Shown here: one piece after another, positions 11,310-22,363 of the stretch | How positions within the stretch are numbered: the stretch's first letter is position 1 | How the letters are laid out: every line of letters starts with the position of its first letter | Assembly (NCBI GenBank): GCA_048013815.1 | Contig: CM106586.1 | Span: 24,366,001-24,430,000 of the forward strand | Length of the DNA: 64,000 bases | DNA from: Setoptus koraiensis | Lineage: Eukaryota; Animalia; Arthropoda | Direction of reading: 5' to 3' | Made by a program: the position numbers and the translations under genes | Notes under the pieces: model-generated | The model's input: only the letters and a program-made list of their open reading frames with translations | Databases searched by the model: none | What the model was told of the DNA's origin: nothing

Positions 11310-14300
11310 TCACCTCGTGCGACTAGAGGACGCTGTCCTTCTGGACTCGCCGTCTCTGCGATTGTCATCTCTGCGCTTCTTAGAATGATCGTGCCTGGTG
11401 GGTGATAACTCGCTAACTCGTTTTCTCGCTATGGACGCCAAGTTTTTCTCTCTAGAGGAAATTTTATCATGTGACATTCTTGAAGGTGAAGATCTACTTT
11501 TCGATGACGACCTAGATGAGGAATTAACTCCAGAGTTGTTGGTTTTTGAGTGATCACTAGAGACCCGTGTATCATTTCTTGCAGATTTTGAAGATGGCTC
11601 TTTTGGATGTGGAAGAGGAGATTCTTTACGTTTATTTGTTCCGTTGTTCATGTGGTTGTCAGCACTATTTGTCGAATCTCTGGATTCCTTCTTACTCTGA
11701 CGATAGTCATTATTATCTGTATTGTTTTTTGAGGATTTATTCTGATCTGTGTTATTTTTTGATGCACTCGATCTTGTCTCATTGTTGTGGAATTCGCTTT
11801 CTACAATAAAACTTGATTTCTTTGATTCGAGGCGTCCCATGTAAGCCGTGGCTAATGCATACAAATCTTGTCTTTTGTCTTTTTCGTCAGTCTTAACAGA
11901 TTCTAAGCGTTTCTCTATGGCTTGACCGAAGCTAAACATCACAGGATAGTAGTCTATGATGCTAATTAATACAATCAACGCGTTCCTTATCTGGACGTAA
12001 TTATTTGACTCTAAAGATATGACGAACGCTTTTGTTAGTCTATAGTGCCACTTATGGCACAAGTGACGGTAATTTTCGTAACCTAAGTCTTTCTCGTCAG
12101 TTTGGCTTATTTGAAAACCTGGATACTTGGCGCATTCCTCATCATATATCTCCTTGCTTGAGTGCCAGTGCATGACAGTCTTCAAAATGTTTGATAAGAA
12201 GCGTCCATAGTGATTGACTTCATTTTCGGTACAAGCACCCATCATGTATGTTATATCACAAAGTAAACGATCATAACAGATAAGTGTTGAAAAATTCTCG
12301 ATCTTAAGTTCATGTAGATATACAATAAATCTTGCGCTGTAAATTGCGTCTGAAGCTGTGAGTATGGATCTTGAAAACAGGCAGTGCTGAATAAATAAGT
12401 GCATTAATTCATTGTTGTTTGCAGCACGTTCCAGGAAAAGATTATCCTTTTCTTTTTCTAGATAATTTAATATAAATTTACAATGATCCTGCTGTAAATC
12501 TTGCTCGTCTCTGAGCTTCTTCACCAAGTTATCAGACCTTTCTTTTTCCTTCTTTCGTTTATTAATATCCTTATCGTCGTCGCTTTGCGGATTGTTCTTT
12601 TTGTTGTTGAGGATTCTGTCTATTTCCCTTTCATAACTCTTCTGAGGAACTTCTAGATCGAACATGGATAGTGCCCAAAACAACACAAATATTTTGGGAC
12701 TTAGGTTTCCATATGTTGATGTAAAAGTTGGAGCTATGGAATCAACAATTGGATCTATCACTCCTTTAACTGCGTCGATGAAATCAACAATCAAAGCTTC
12801 AGAAATTGCAGCAGTATCGTTCTCATAAAGACTGAATGTTTTGGCTTTCAGTTCTTCGAATCTACCCTTTATACGTTCGTGTATCATTGGTCTCGCTAGA
12901 AAGAAAGCGGAGTCTGGCTTGAGTTTGTAGTCGGTCATTAATTTCTCTAGAGGTGGTAAAAAGTTGATATAATCTTCAATACTTAAATTGCATGCCAGGA
13001 AAGCACCATATTGAACGAATGTCTCCTGACATTGATCGTATAATTTACCGATAAGCTTTATATGTGTTTGCTCTTGCTGATTGAAGAAGATGCAATCCCT
13101 TAGTTGTGCCATCAAAACACATAGCGGCATAGCTAGTTCAGATTCTATAAGCGCGTCCTTTAGCCTAGCTGACGGCTTCCTCGTGTTTTTAACGGTATTG
13201 AAGTAAGCTCCTTCTATTCTAAGACTCACTCCTCCTGACAGGGCCTCTATCTTGTCGTCTGTCATCCCTTGAGTTGTTTCGATACCGGTCATCTTCTGTA
13301 TAAGCTCAGTCAGCATGAGTAAATCTAAGCTCTTCCCCGCCTTTAGTTGATTTGCAATAAAATGTAAAAAACCAGAAAATTCGACATTGTATTTTCTGAT
13401 GACAGAGGCACAAAATGTGGCCAGACTCAATAGCCATTGGGCGATTGCTGCGCCATCGTACGTGTGTTTGTCCTTCTTGGGATCAACTAACGCTTCGATA
13501 ATACAGTACAACAAAACGTCGTGGGCTAGTGGGGTCAGGAACTTCAGTGCATCTACAACTGGACCAATGAGGTTGTCATAAGATTGTATCTGTGTCAGTA
13601 TATATCCTAGAGTGAATGTTGGATTGGAATAGCATAGTTTGCCAATATGTCGCCCAGAGACTTTTATGGTATCTTTAGCCAATCTTTTCATGCAATATTT
13701 GGCTTTGATTAATGTATCTCCCCTAGACTTGAGAAGTATGGGATTGGTCGGCTCTTCGCGCCAGTTATAGTACAACTTGTAACGTATGGGATACTTGAAA
13801 AACTTCATAAGGGACCACAGCTCTCTCGATAGACAGCAATTGCCATCAGAAATCGAGACAGCGGGTAAAATAGCCTCGTCTAATACAACTAGAACTTCGA
13901 AGAACAATTCACTTCCTTCTGGTGCCATAGGTTCATTGTCCTCTTTCTTTGCTGTTATTATGTGCTTTAGTATTCGAATGAGCTTGGTTATGATGAGCTG
14001 ATCTGCACTGAGGAATGGCCCCACAGCTTTAATAATGGGAAAAGCATCTCTATTCAACTCCTCTATGGTATTTACTTGGTTGGGGAAATTTTCCTTCTTT
14101 CTGTAAGGCTTTATCCGAGAAGAGATGTAATCTGGCAAACCGCTTACTTTTCGGTAAATGGGGTCAATCAAGTAATTCACCAAATCACAAACATCATGGG
14201 ACACATGAGGGTCTGAGAAACAGTAATACTCTGGTAACTTCTTTGCAAGCTGGTGAGCAATACGCCAGTTGCCGATCCTTAATAAGTTGGAGCACAATCT

Positions 14301-15347
14301 GAGTTTAGAGTTGTCATATTCGAGAAAATGCCTATCCGTTTCAGTTAATACATCTTCTTGGGAGCTAGGTTTTTCATCACCGACTGATACCATATTAATT
14401 TTCCTAGCGATGGCCCTGGCAACCTCTAATTGATTTTTGTGATATTCAAGTATCTGCGAATCTTTTGGTGACAGATTGGGATATATGTCATCTAATTCTA
14501 CGAGTTCATGATTTAAAACTTGTGCTATAACTCTATATAGAGATGTGGGTGTTATTGGTCTTACTTCATCTCGATATCTCAAGTAGAAATTGAGCTTCAA
14601 TACCAGGAGTTTTGCCAGTGCGTCGGAATCATCTTTCAAGAAGTTCTTGAGGATTTCAATATGATAAGATACTTTCGTCGGATAGCATTCAAACGAGTAT
14701 AATATTATATCTATGACGCGATTGGGATCAAGACTGTATTTCCCAATGACCTTGATGATGGATTTAAAAGCTTCAGTTGATCCTTGTTCGTGATTTGCTA
14801 ATAAGGTGAGCAGACGAGCGTAGCCTTCGTTTTCTTTGTGTAACAGATTATATTTAGGTTGTGTAAAATATAGTTTAGTTCTTATGCGGGTAAACTTTTT
14901 AAGGCCACGAAGGATACCAACAGCCTCTGAAGTTTCATCATCGAGCCTTTCACGCATCAATGTCGCAGATACAATTCTCTTATCTAGGAGGCACTTTACA
15001 AGTTCAATGAAGGCTAGTCGGGGTCCAGTGTCTTTAAGATCTAAAGTTTCGATTGAGCATTGTGTCAGTACGTCAGCTATGGTGCTGATAAGCTCATTTT
15101 TCGCCTCTTGATCCTCTATTTCCTTTAATGTTTGCATAAGAACATTTGCGACTACATCTTTGTCTGATCTTTTACATAAGCCATATATGATCCCGTTTAA
15201 TTGAGTTAGATTCCTGGTATCTAACAGTTGCTTAATACAAGATTCCTCTGTCCAGTTATCGAACGCCATATTATAATATAGTGATTTTTGAATTATTAAT
15301 ATTGTCGGACCAAAATGCTTTAAGATAGACTGTTGGTGTGATTCCAA
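11310..15347 (-). CDS. THOC2: THO complex subunit 2, intronless (likely start at 15269, MAFDNW)
   Basis: QPKYNLLHKENEGYARL, YSLDPNRVIDIIL, QIQSYDNLIGPVV, YENYRHLCHKWH and an R/S/K-rich tail. Confidence 0.95.
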   Translation of the reverse strand: MESHQQSILKHFGPTILIIQKSLYYNMAFDNWTEESCIKQLLDTRNLTQLNGIIYGLCKRSDKDVVANVLMQTLKEIEDQEAKNELISTIADVLTQCSIETLDLKDTGPRLAFIELVKCLLDKRIVSATLMRERLDDETSEAVGILRGLKKFTRIRTKLYFTQPKYNLLHKENEGYARLLTLLANHEQGSTEAFKSIIKVIGKYSLDPNRVIDIILYSFECYPTKVSYHIEILKNFLKDDSDALAKLLVLKLNFYLRYRDEVRPITPTSLYRVIAQVLNHELVELDDIYPNLSPKDSQILEYHKNQLEVARAIARKINMVSVGDEKPSSQEDVLTETDRHFLEYDNSKLRLCSNLLRIGNWRIAHQLAKKLPEYYCFSDPHVSHDVCDLVNYLIDPIYRKVSGLPDYISSRIKPYRKKENFPNQVNTIEELNRDAFPIIKAVGPFLSADQLIITKLIRILKHIITAKKEDNEPMAPEGSELFFEVLVVLDEAILPAVSISDGNCCLSRELWSLMKFFKYPIRYKLYYNWREEPTNPILLKSRGDTLIKAKYCMKRLAKDTIKVSGRHIGKLCYSNPTFTLGYILTQIQSYDNLIGPVVDALKFLTPLAHDVLLYCIIEALVDPKKDKHTYDGAAIAQWLLSLATFCASVIRKYNVEFSGFLHFIANQLKAGKSLDLLMLTELIQKMTGIETTQGMTDDKIEALSGGVSLRIEGAYFNTVKNTRKPSARLKDALIESELAMPLCVLMAQLRDCIFFNQQEQTHIKLIGKLYDQCQETFVQYGAFLACNLSIEDYINFLPPLEKLMTDYKLKPDSAFFLARPMIHERIKGRFEELKAKTFSLYENDTAAISEALIVDFIDAVKGVIDPIVDSIAPTFTSTYGNLSPKIFVLFWALSMFDLEVPQKSYEREIDRILNNKKNNPQSDDDKDINKRKKEKERSDNLVKKLRDEQDLQQDHCKFILNYLEKEKDNLFLERAANNNELMHLFIQHCLFSRSILTASDAIYSARFIVYLHELKIENFSTLICYDRLLCDITYMMGACTENEVNHYGRFLSNILKTVMHWHSSKEIYDEECAKYPGFQISQTDEKDLGYENYRHLCHKWHYRLTKAFVISLESNNYVQIRNALIVLISIIDYYPVMFSFGQAIEKRLESVKTDEKDKRQDLYALATAYMGRLESKKSSFIVESEFHNNETRSSASKNNTDQNKSSKNNTDNNDYRQSKKESRDSTNSADNHMNNGTNKRKESPLPHPKEPSSKSARNDTRVSSDHSKTNNSGVNSSSRSSSKSRSSPSRMSHDKISSREKNLASIARKRVSELSPTRHDHSKKRRDDNRRDGESRRTASSSRTR

Positions 15348-16061
15348 TTAATCAACAATATATCATCTTCCATGAACAGTTGGACAAAGAGAATAAAACT
15401 TAATGCAGACTCTATGCGCATAGTCCAGCGCGAAGTTTGAATTATTCTGCGATGAAATTGATCGAGGGAGCTGTTCCTACCCCTCCCACCTATCGCCTGC
15501 AACGAAATCCCTCCAACTCCCACCTCCCAGCAACTCCTGCTCGACCTTCGAGAGTGCGGTTTCGGTCAAAGGGGCCATGTCTATACTTTTTGCCATTTTT
15601 TCTTGGTCAATACACGTATCTTGGCAAGACCTAGCCGTGTGCCGACGCAATTTATTGGGCGATCACAGGTTCGGGCCGAAAAGTTCAAAAAACCAGTCAA
15701 AATGACAAATATACCAGATTTCGCCAGAAATGGGTGTGGACCAGCAGAAATGCTCATAATGCCAGATGATCAACCATTGACAATCTACCCCAAGATACAA
15801 GAAAATCCCAACCTCAGATCAAAAATTTTGCAAAAATACCCTCTAGCTGCTACACATCCTTAACCGCTCACTCTCGTGCGTGCGCCGAGTCGAGCCGCTA
15901 AAAGTTCGCATCTCTACACAGACGCATGTCTGGCATCACAGTTGCGCGATGTTACGCGCTGCGTCCACCCTAGCTCACAACAGCATCTCTAGTTTCCATT
16001 CTCAACCCGTAATAGCGCAGCCAATTTAAATTAGAGTTAGTTTTATTGCATCTGGTCCATA

Positions 16062-17528
16062 ATGAACAGATCAATAATATGCTGTGGCATCTTTCGCCGC
16101 CTCGTTCATATGGGTAGAGTGGTACCCGATCTAGATGTGATAGTTAAAGAATCGATTGATTCTGGAGAAAATCCAAAGAGACTGCCTACTAGGCGAAACA
16201 TAACACGTGTGGACCTGCCGGTAGCGCTGGAATTTGCAGCCAAACGGGCATTAAAAAAGCACTCAAGCAAAAAATTCAGGAAAGATGTGCTTGAGGCGAA
16301 GTCGACTATTTATAAATACAAACTGCCGGATGACAAATATTTCTTATCTGAGAAGAAGGATAACATCAAAACTGAAATACATTTGCGTAACTTAAGAGAG
16401 AAACACGTCCATAATGCAGACAGTGAGTTTTTTGAGGATGGAATCATAGCAAGATCTCAAATGAATCAACTGATAGAGAATAAATTAGAAAGAACGCGTA
16501 GAGATTGGCATTACTTAGAATATGACGATTACGCTAGTGCGTTGTATATGGCCGCTAGACTAGCGCCTAATTACGCCGCGATCAAAACAGTTTTGGATGA
16601 AATAAAATCAGCAGATCCGCTATTCAAACCTATGACTGTACTCGACTTCGGTTCTGGGATGGGTACCACTATGTGGGCGGTCAACGAAACTTGGTTGAAC
16701 ACCACCAATGAGTTCTTGAATGTTGACATATCCCAGAGTCAACACGAATTGGCTGAATTTTTGCTCAGAGGCGGAAAGGAGACCGGAGACAATTTACCTG
16801 GCGTTTTCTTTAAAAACTATTTACCCACGTCACATTCAGTAAAGTATGATCTAGTTGTCTCAGCTTTCTCCTTATTGGACTTACCGACAGTTGAAAACCG
16901 TATCAGTGTGATAGAAAACCTTTGGCACAAAACTAACGATTTATTAGTTATTGTTGAGCGAGGTAACAAGGATGGATTCACAAGTGTTGCCGAGGCGCGA
17001 CATTTTATTTTAAACATATCTGGTCATAATGTCGCAAAGACACTTAATGCTGTAGGTGAGCTAGCTCCTAAACTGGGCTTCAACATGCCAAGCTGCCATA
17101 TAATTGCGCCATGTCCGCACGAGTTTGTTTGTCCGAGATTACAGATGCCAAGTAAAGGATCTCTCGACAGATGCAATTTCAATGTTCATTATGAACCCCT
17201 CGAAATAGGCATGAATAGAGGAACGGTAAATAAAGAAAATTTCTCTTATGTCGTCCTAAGAAAGGGATGCCATCCAAGCTATAATAACTATGATGAAACT
17301 AGGCCCCGCTGGCCTAGAATAGTCGAACCCCGAAAAAAAAGATCCAAGCACATGATTCACAAGTTATGTTGTCCTAACGGACATTTGGCCGAGACTATAA
17401 TTACCAAGAGAAGATACGGCTCTGCCATGTACAAGGTGGCCAAAAGTTGTGACTGGGGAGACATACTACCGGTGACTGTAGACGACTCTTATTGCAAGAA
17501 GTCTTGTAAATCAACAGAAGAAGATTAA
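16062..17528 (+). CDS. METTL17: Mitochondrial small-subunit assembly factor, methyltransferase-like 17 (Rsm22 family)
   Basis: YMAARLAPNYAA, VLDFGSGMG, APCPHEFVCP, FSYVVLRKG and WGDILP. Confidence 0.93.
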   Translation: MNRSIICCGIFRRLVHMGRVVPDLDVIVKESIDSGENPKRLPTRRNITRVDLPVALEFAAKRALKKHSSKKFRKDVLEAKSTIYKYKLPDDKYFLSEKKDNIKTEIHLRNLREKHVHNADSEFFEDGIIARSQMNQLIENKLERTRRDWHYLEYDDYASALYMAARLAPNYAAIKTVLDEIKSADPLFKPMTVLDFGSGMGTTMWAVNETWLNTTNEFLNVDISQSQHELAEFLLRGGKETGDNLPGVFFKNYLPTSHSVKYDLVVSAFSLLDLPTVENRISVIENLWHKTNDLLVIVERGNKDGFTSVAEARHFILNISGHNVAKTLNAVGELAPKLGFNMPSCHIIAPCPHEFVCPRLQMPSKGSLDRCNFNVHYEPLEIGMNRGTVNKENFSYVVLRKGCHPSYNNYDETRPRWPRIVEPRKKRSKHMIHKLCCPNGHLAETIITKRRYGSAMYKVAKSCDWGDILPVTVDDSYCKKSCKSTEED

Positions 17529-18956
17529 AGAGTGGGCTGTATTAACTATACGAAAATATTATTTATATATAGAAGCGTTTTCTCGATGTCTGCATCTCGT
17601 GCCTCTTGAGCATCCACTCATATTCGCCGTATTTAGGGTCAAACGTTCCTTTTTGTAAATACATCAGTTTCATTGCAAACTGGGGGCCGCATTCTTGCAG
17701 ATCCACCCTCGAGCGCTTCGCATCTACTTTATATCGGTGGTAACGGAAAAATATGTAGTCTCTTTGATTGTGAAACGTACAAACAGTGCTATATTGTATC
17801 CTGGGAAGAGTTGGAAACAAACAAGAAAACATTCTTCCGACACTATATCCAAGGCGCGTGTTGAAGTTATTGAGTATGACTTCGGGTCTATTAAAAGGGG
17901 GCGGTTTTACAGCGTTCGTCAATTGGTCGGTGAGTTTCACCGATGACAGTCGAAAGTTAGCGGTAGGTCCGTTGGGTAAATGAACTAGGAGCAAGCCATT
18001 TGGCTCCCGACGATTCTCGTTGATCACGATTAGATCTGTATAACCTCTCTCTATGCAACCGCGGATTATCTTCTGAATAGATGATCGGTTTCTAAACCTA
18101 AACTCTCCACGTGGGACAATCTGTTTGAACTCTCGTGCCAACTGAATGGTACGGGTATGAGGGTTATCGGAAGTGGTAATGAGAACTTTGGGATTGCGGT
18201 TCTTATCTAATTTGAAGTGATCAGCCATTTCATCATGATCTAGATCAAATTCCGTCTCTTTATCGTCATAAGCAACAATTGTTTCATCGTAGATACGTGT
18301 GTTCTCTATGGTGCGCGGTTGTTTCTTCTCTTTAGCTTCGTCATTTGTACTACGGGTAGAAGAGTAGACTCTTGATTCAACACTGGTATCTTGATCCGGG
18401 AAATTGTCTTCCGAAAGCTCAGCACTCGGTCGTCCATGCGTACCATCTGACGAAGTCAAGTCTATCACACGAGTCGTGTTCTTGTCTATGCCCAGAAGCT
18501 TCATAAGTTGTTTCAACTTTCCAATTTTTGTCTGTTCTTCTATCTTCCTCGATTCATTATTATGAGCTTTCTTGTTTTTGGTTACTGGTCTTGATTGGTT
18601 ACAATTTATACCTTGCAATCGATCTGGCAATTCATGTAGAAAAGTCAATGTGGCTGAGTACAAATAAACGCGGCATAACGGTAAGGACATCCTCGAACGT
18701 AATACACTAGCTTCCTTGATGATGTCAATGATTTTGGACATCTCCTCAAAATGGCCCTTCTGTGTCATCTTATCCGCCTCATCTATCACTAGACTATTCA
18801 CACTAGCGATACTGGCAAGATTAATATGTTCGCTGATATTTGATTGGATCATTTCGTATAGTCGACCAGGGGTGGCAACGATAATCTCAGGATGTTGTGT
18901 GTTTAACTGTCTGAGTTGTTTGTCTTGATTCATACCTCCAATGAGACAACATGATT
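16543..18956. repeat. Segment A (2,414 bp), inverted copy at 26378..28792
   Basis: Reverse complement of 26378..28792, with roughly 10 differences and one 1-bp indel seen by eye. Covers the METTL17 3' part, RPF1 and part of the DDX24-derived domain. Confidence 0.95.
17563..18933 (-). pseudogene. RPF1: 5'-truncated copy of the DDX24-RPF1 chimera (456-aa ORF from MNQDK)
   Basis: Matches residues 188-643 of the 25840..27771 chimera with 2 aa changes. Homology stops at 18956, so the Q motif, motif I and the promoter are absent. Confidence 0.8.
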
Positions 18957-18965
18957 CTATTATTA

Positions 18966-19310
18966 TCGATCGTGAATGTCAGACTGATTTTACTTTTAAC
19001 TGTATTTTAATCGCTGAGCTCTATTTTATTATTATTATTAATAGAACAACAACAACAACAACTTGCAATGGACAATGTTCTTGTGAACAAAAATACAAAT
19101 GACACAGGATGCTGGCCTATGACCCAGAGGAGAATTGCAAGGGTAACTTTATGGATTGGTTCCTGTTCCCCTCAAATTGTGTATGTAGGTGCATAGTAAA
19201 ATCCGCAGCCGCATTGATTGGTCAGCCCGCGTCGACGCCATTGCCCTCAAAAGCGGACGGTCGATCATTTGGAGTACTTGAAGATCATACCGGCCGCCAA
19301 TAGAAAGGCC
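18966..19310. repeat. Segment B' (345 bp), inverted copy of 28795..29142
   Basis: Reverse-complement match with about 18 substitutions and a 3-bp indel counted by eye. Contains the Spaetzle last intron/exon and the ABCH 3' end. Confidence 0.93.
19045..19303 (+). pseudogene. Orphan duplicated terminal exon of the Spaetzle gene, with a premature stop
   Basis: AG acceptor at 19043-44. Reads [25 protein letters not shown]; TGG>TGA at 19100-19102. No upstream Spaetzle exons on this strand. Confidence 0.88.
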
Positions 19311-21538
19311 ACCAGCCAGCCAATGGTGACCGCAAAGCCTGCCAAAACACCTGGTTCCGCTATGCCCCATCCTCTTGACAGAATGTGTCTCAGTGTTTCT
19401 GTTGGCAAGGTTTGTGGTTGCGCATAACTGAGCGGCCTGAGCCAATGTGGCATGGCCTCAATAGGCCAAATAATACCGGCTAAAATGAGATTTGTATAGA
19501 ATGTTCCCACTAGCATCATAACGGCGGTGTTTTCTTCTTCGCAAATAGCTGATACTAATAAACCAAATGCCATACCTGTGCAGCCCTGCAATAAAATCAA
19601 TAATACAACCCAAACAAATGGTCCCCTAGAGGGTATTTCAAATACAAAGAATGTACAAGCTAACACTAATACTATTTGTACTGTCATTACAACAATCTGA
19701 TTGATTGCATGGGCCAGTAGTATTTGGCTTGTTTGTACACCCGACACTAGACTGCGCTCTAATAATCCATCTCGTCGTTCTAAAATAAAAGCCAACGCTG
19801 TTAGTCCAGTCGCCATGACGTAACTAATACTTATGACCACACCGGGCGCCATGAATTCTAAATAACCATCCTTTTTCATTGTGCCATAAATTGGTTTAGC
19901 CACCTGTATGGGTAGATCGGCGAGTGAACCATCATAGCCGAGGTTCTCCAGAGAATCGCGAGCAAAACTTAAAAATGTTTTCCTGAGCGTTGTCTCCAAT
20001 GCGAGCGCCAAATGAAGATTTGTTAGATCGGGATACACTCGTATGGTGCCGTTAGAAATGGTCTCATTGGTGACCTCATCGCCCAATATTAGCCTAGATT
20101 GTAAATTTTGTGTATAGCCATCTGGTATGTGTATAACGCCCCACGCTTTTCCTCTTTGAACTGCCTCTATTGCATGAGATATATTGTTGTATTTCACTTG
20201 GCGCACAATTTTTTTGTCTAAGCCATTGAGAAATAATATACTGGATTGTGGTATCACTTCTTCATTGACAATGGCCACAGGAACATCAAATGGTTCGCCA
20301 CCAATGCACGAACAAAACAATATAACTTGTATGGCTGGCACTATAAATTGAAATATGAGAACTGGCGGATTTCTTTTTAATCTAACAAAATTTTTCCATG
20401 TTACTGCCATGAGCGTTTTGCACCATTGTGTCAATGGTTGTTGTTGTTTACTTTGTTTGAATGCTGGATCAGCGCGTCTGATGGCCCATTTAATTAGTTG
20501 TGTTTCTGTAGAATATTCATCAGCAATTAAATGATCCTCTGTTGTTGTCGATACAGTATTGTTGCGCATAGAATCTGTGACACACAATTTCAAGAAAACA
20601 TCCTCTAAACTATTCAATCGATAGGTGGCCATCAATTGTTGCGGGCTATTCTCGGCAAGTATTTTGCCGTGTCGCATTAGACCAACAACATTGGCTTGAC
20701 GAGCCTCCTCAATATAATGAGTGGTTATAATAACGCTAATCTTTTCTGTATGTGTCAATGTCACTAAATGTTCCCAGATGCTTTGTCTGAGAAGCGGATC
20801 AACACCAACGGTTGGCTCATCCAAAATGAGTAAAGGGGGCGAATGCACTAGGGCAGCCGCCAGAGATACTCGCCTTTTTTGTCCGCCACTTAAGTTGGCC
20901 ACTAAGCGCTTTTTAGTCGGTAATCCTAGAAGGCATAACAAAAACTCCACTCTTTTTTTGATCTCATCAATATTCATACGATTTATTTTTCCAAAATATT
21001 TCAGCGTTTCCTCTATTGTAAAATCTTCATAAATAGATATCTCTTGGGGCATGTAACCAACTGCCCTGCCTGGTATTTGACATTCTCTATCATTCGGTTT
21101 ATAACCAAACACCAACAAGGATCCTCGTTGTGGTTTCAATCGGCCAACAGTGCACCTGAGCATGGTAGTTTTGCCACATCCACTTGGTCCCAATAGACCG
21201 TAGCTGTTTATTGGACGTTTGTTCGATTATTAGTTTATTTACATTAATAAATTACAACTTTTTATATTAATAAATATTGCGTTTACTTACATGCAACCCT
21301 CAGGAACGGTGAGATTAATACTATCCAATATTGTCTTCTTGTATCTGCCTCTACCCACTTCATAATGCAGATCTCTAATTACCACAGAAGCATATTGACG
21401 TGTTGACGAGACATTGAGATTACGTTCGATCGTGGTCCCATTGCTAGGCACGAAGATGGTTGTTACTAGCTGACTATTATCATCTTGATTGATTTGTTTT
21501 CTATGAATTAGATCGTTTTGGCTGTATTTTATTGACAT
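19265..21538 (-). CDS. ABCH: ABC transporter subfamily H; join(21538..21291,21203..19265), 728 aa
   Basis: NBD-first half transporter with [28 protein letters not shown] and [17 protein letters not shown], then an ABC-2 type TMD. An 87-bp GT-AG intron restores [10 protein letters not shown]. Confidence 0.9.
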
Positions 21539-22363
21539 ATTCTTCTTTCTTCCCTCAAATATTATCAACTAATTACTTTAATACCTATGTATGTATGTAC
21601 CCAAAGTAACGCGAATTAGGAGTGAAAGTCTTGAACCTCATCTGATGCAAGTTTGTTTAAAAGTTACTATCGGTAGCTTTACAGCAGCACGAGTAACACA
21701 CTACACAATAGGGGTTTACTACACACAAAGTTCAACAGGTTGATCTGGTTCATTTCGAAACAACAGCCAGTACCGTAAAGCACCCTTACTTGTGTGCCAA
21801 GACAGTGTCTTTGTGTATTTTTTAGTGTTAGAGTGTGTGTGTGTGTGCTCGCTCGAGTGGAGACAAATTGTCATTCAGTTAAACCTTGGACAATAACCAT
21901 TCAAACAATCAACCAAATTATTTATACATTACTATAACAACATTGATAAGGGAATATTCTCGCCGCACTTGTTATTATCACATATCACCATTGTTTGTCA
22001 TATTCACACTATCATCTAGTGTATAATACTGTTGACAATACATAGTTTTTGCAGTACAAACACTAAATTGTACAACTAATCTACCTGTTGTCGTTGTTGT
22101 TTATCTAATTTTGGAACAACATTTGGTGTGAGTCACAGGCGATAAATGCAACACTGTATAGGAAGTGATAATAATTTGAATGGCAACAAGAATAACTAAT
22201 AATACATAAAACCCGCGGGTCAGCTTATGACCTTCGTTGATAGGAGTTAGTATCGCTTATGTGGGCAGACAAGTGGTTCAACCATTCAACGAATTTCAAG
22301 TTTATATTCTGGAAGCAATGTAACAAAATCGAGGAAAAGCATTACCAATATCCAGTGTTCCAC

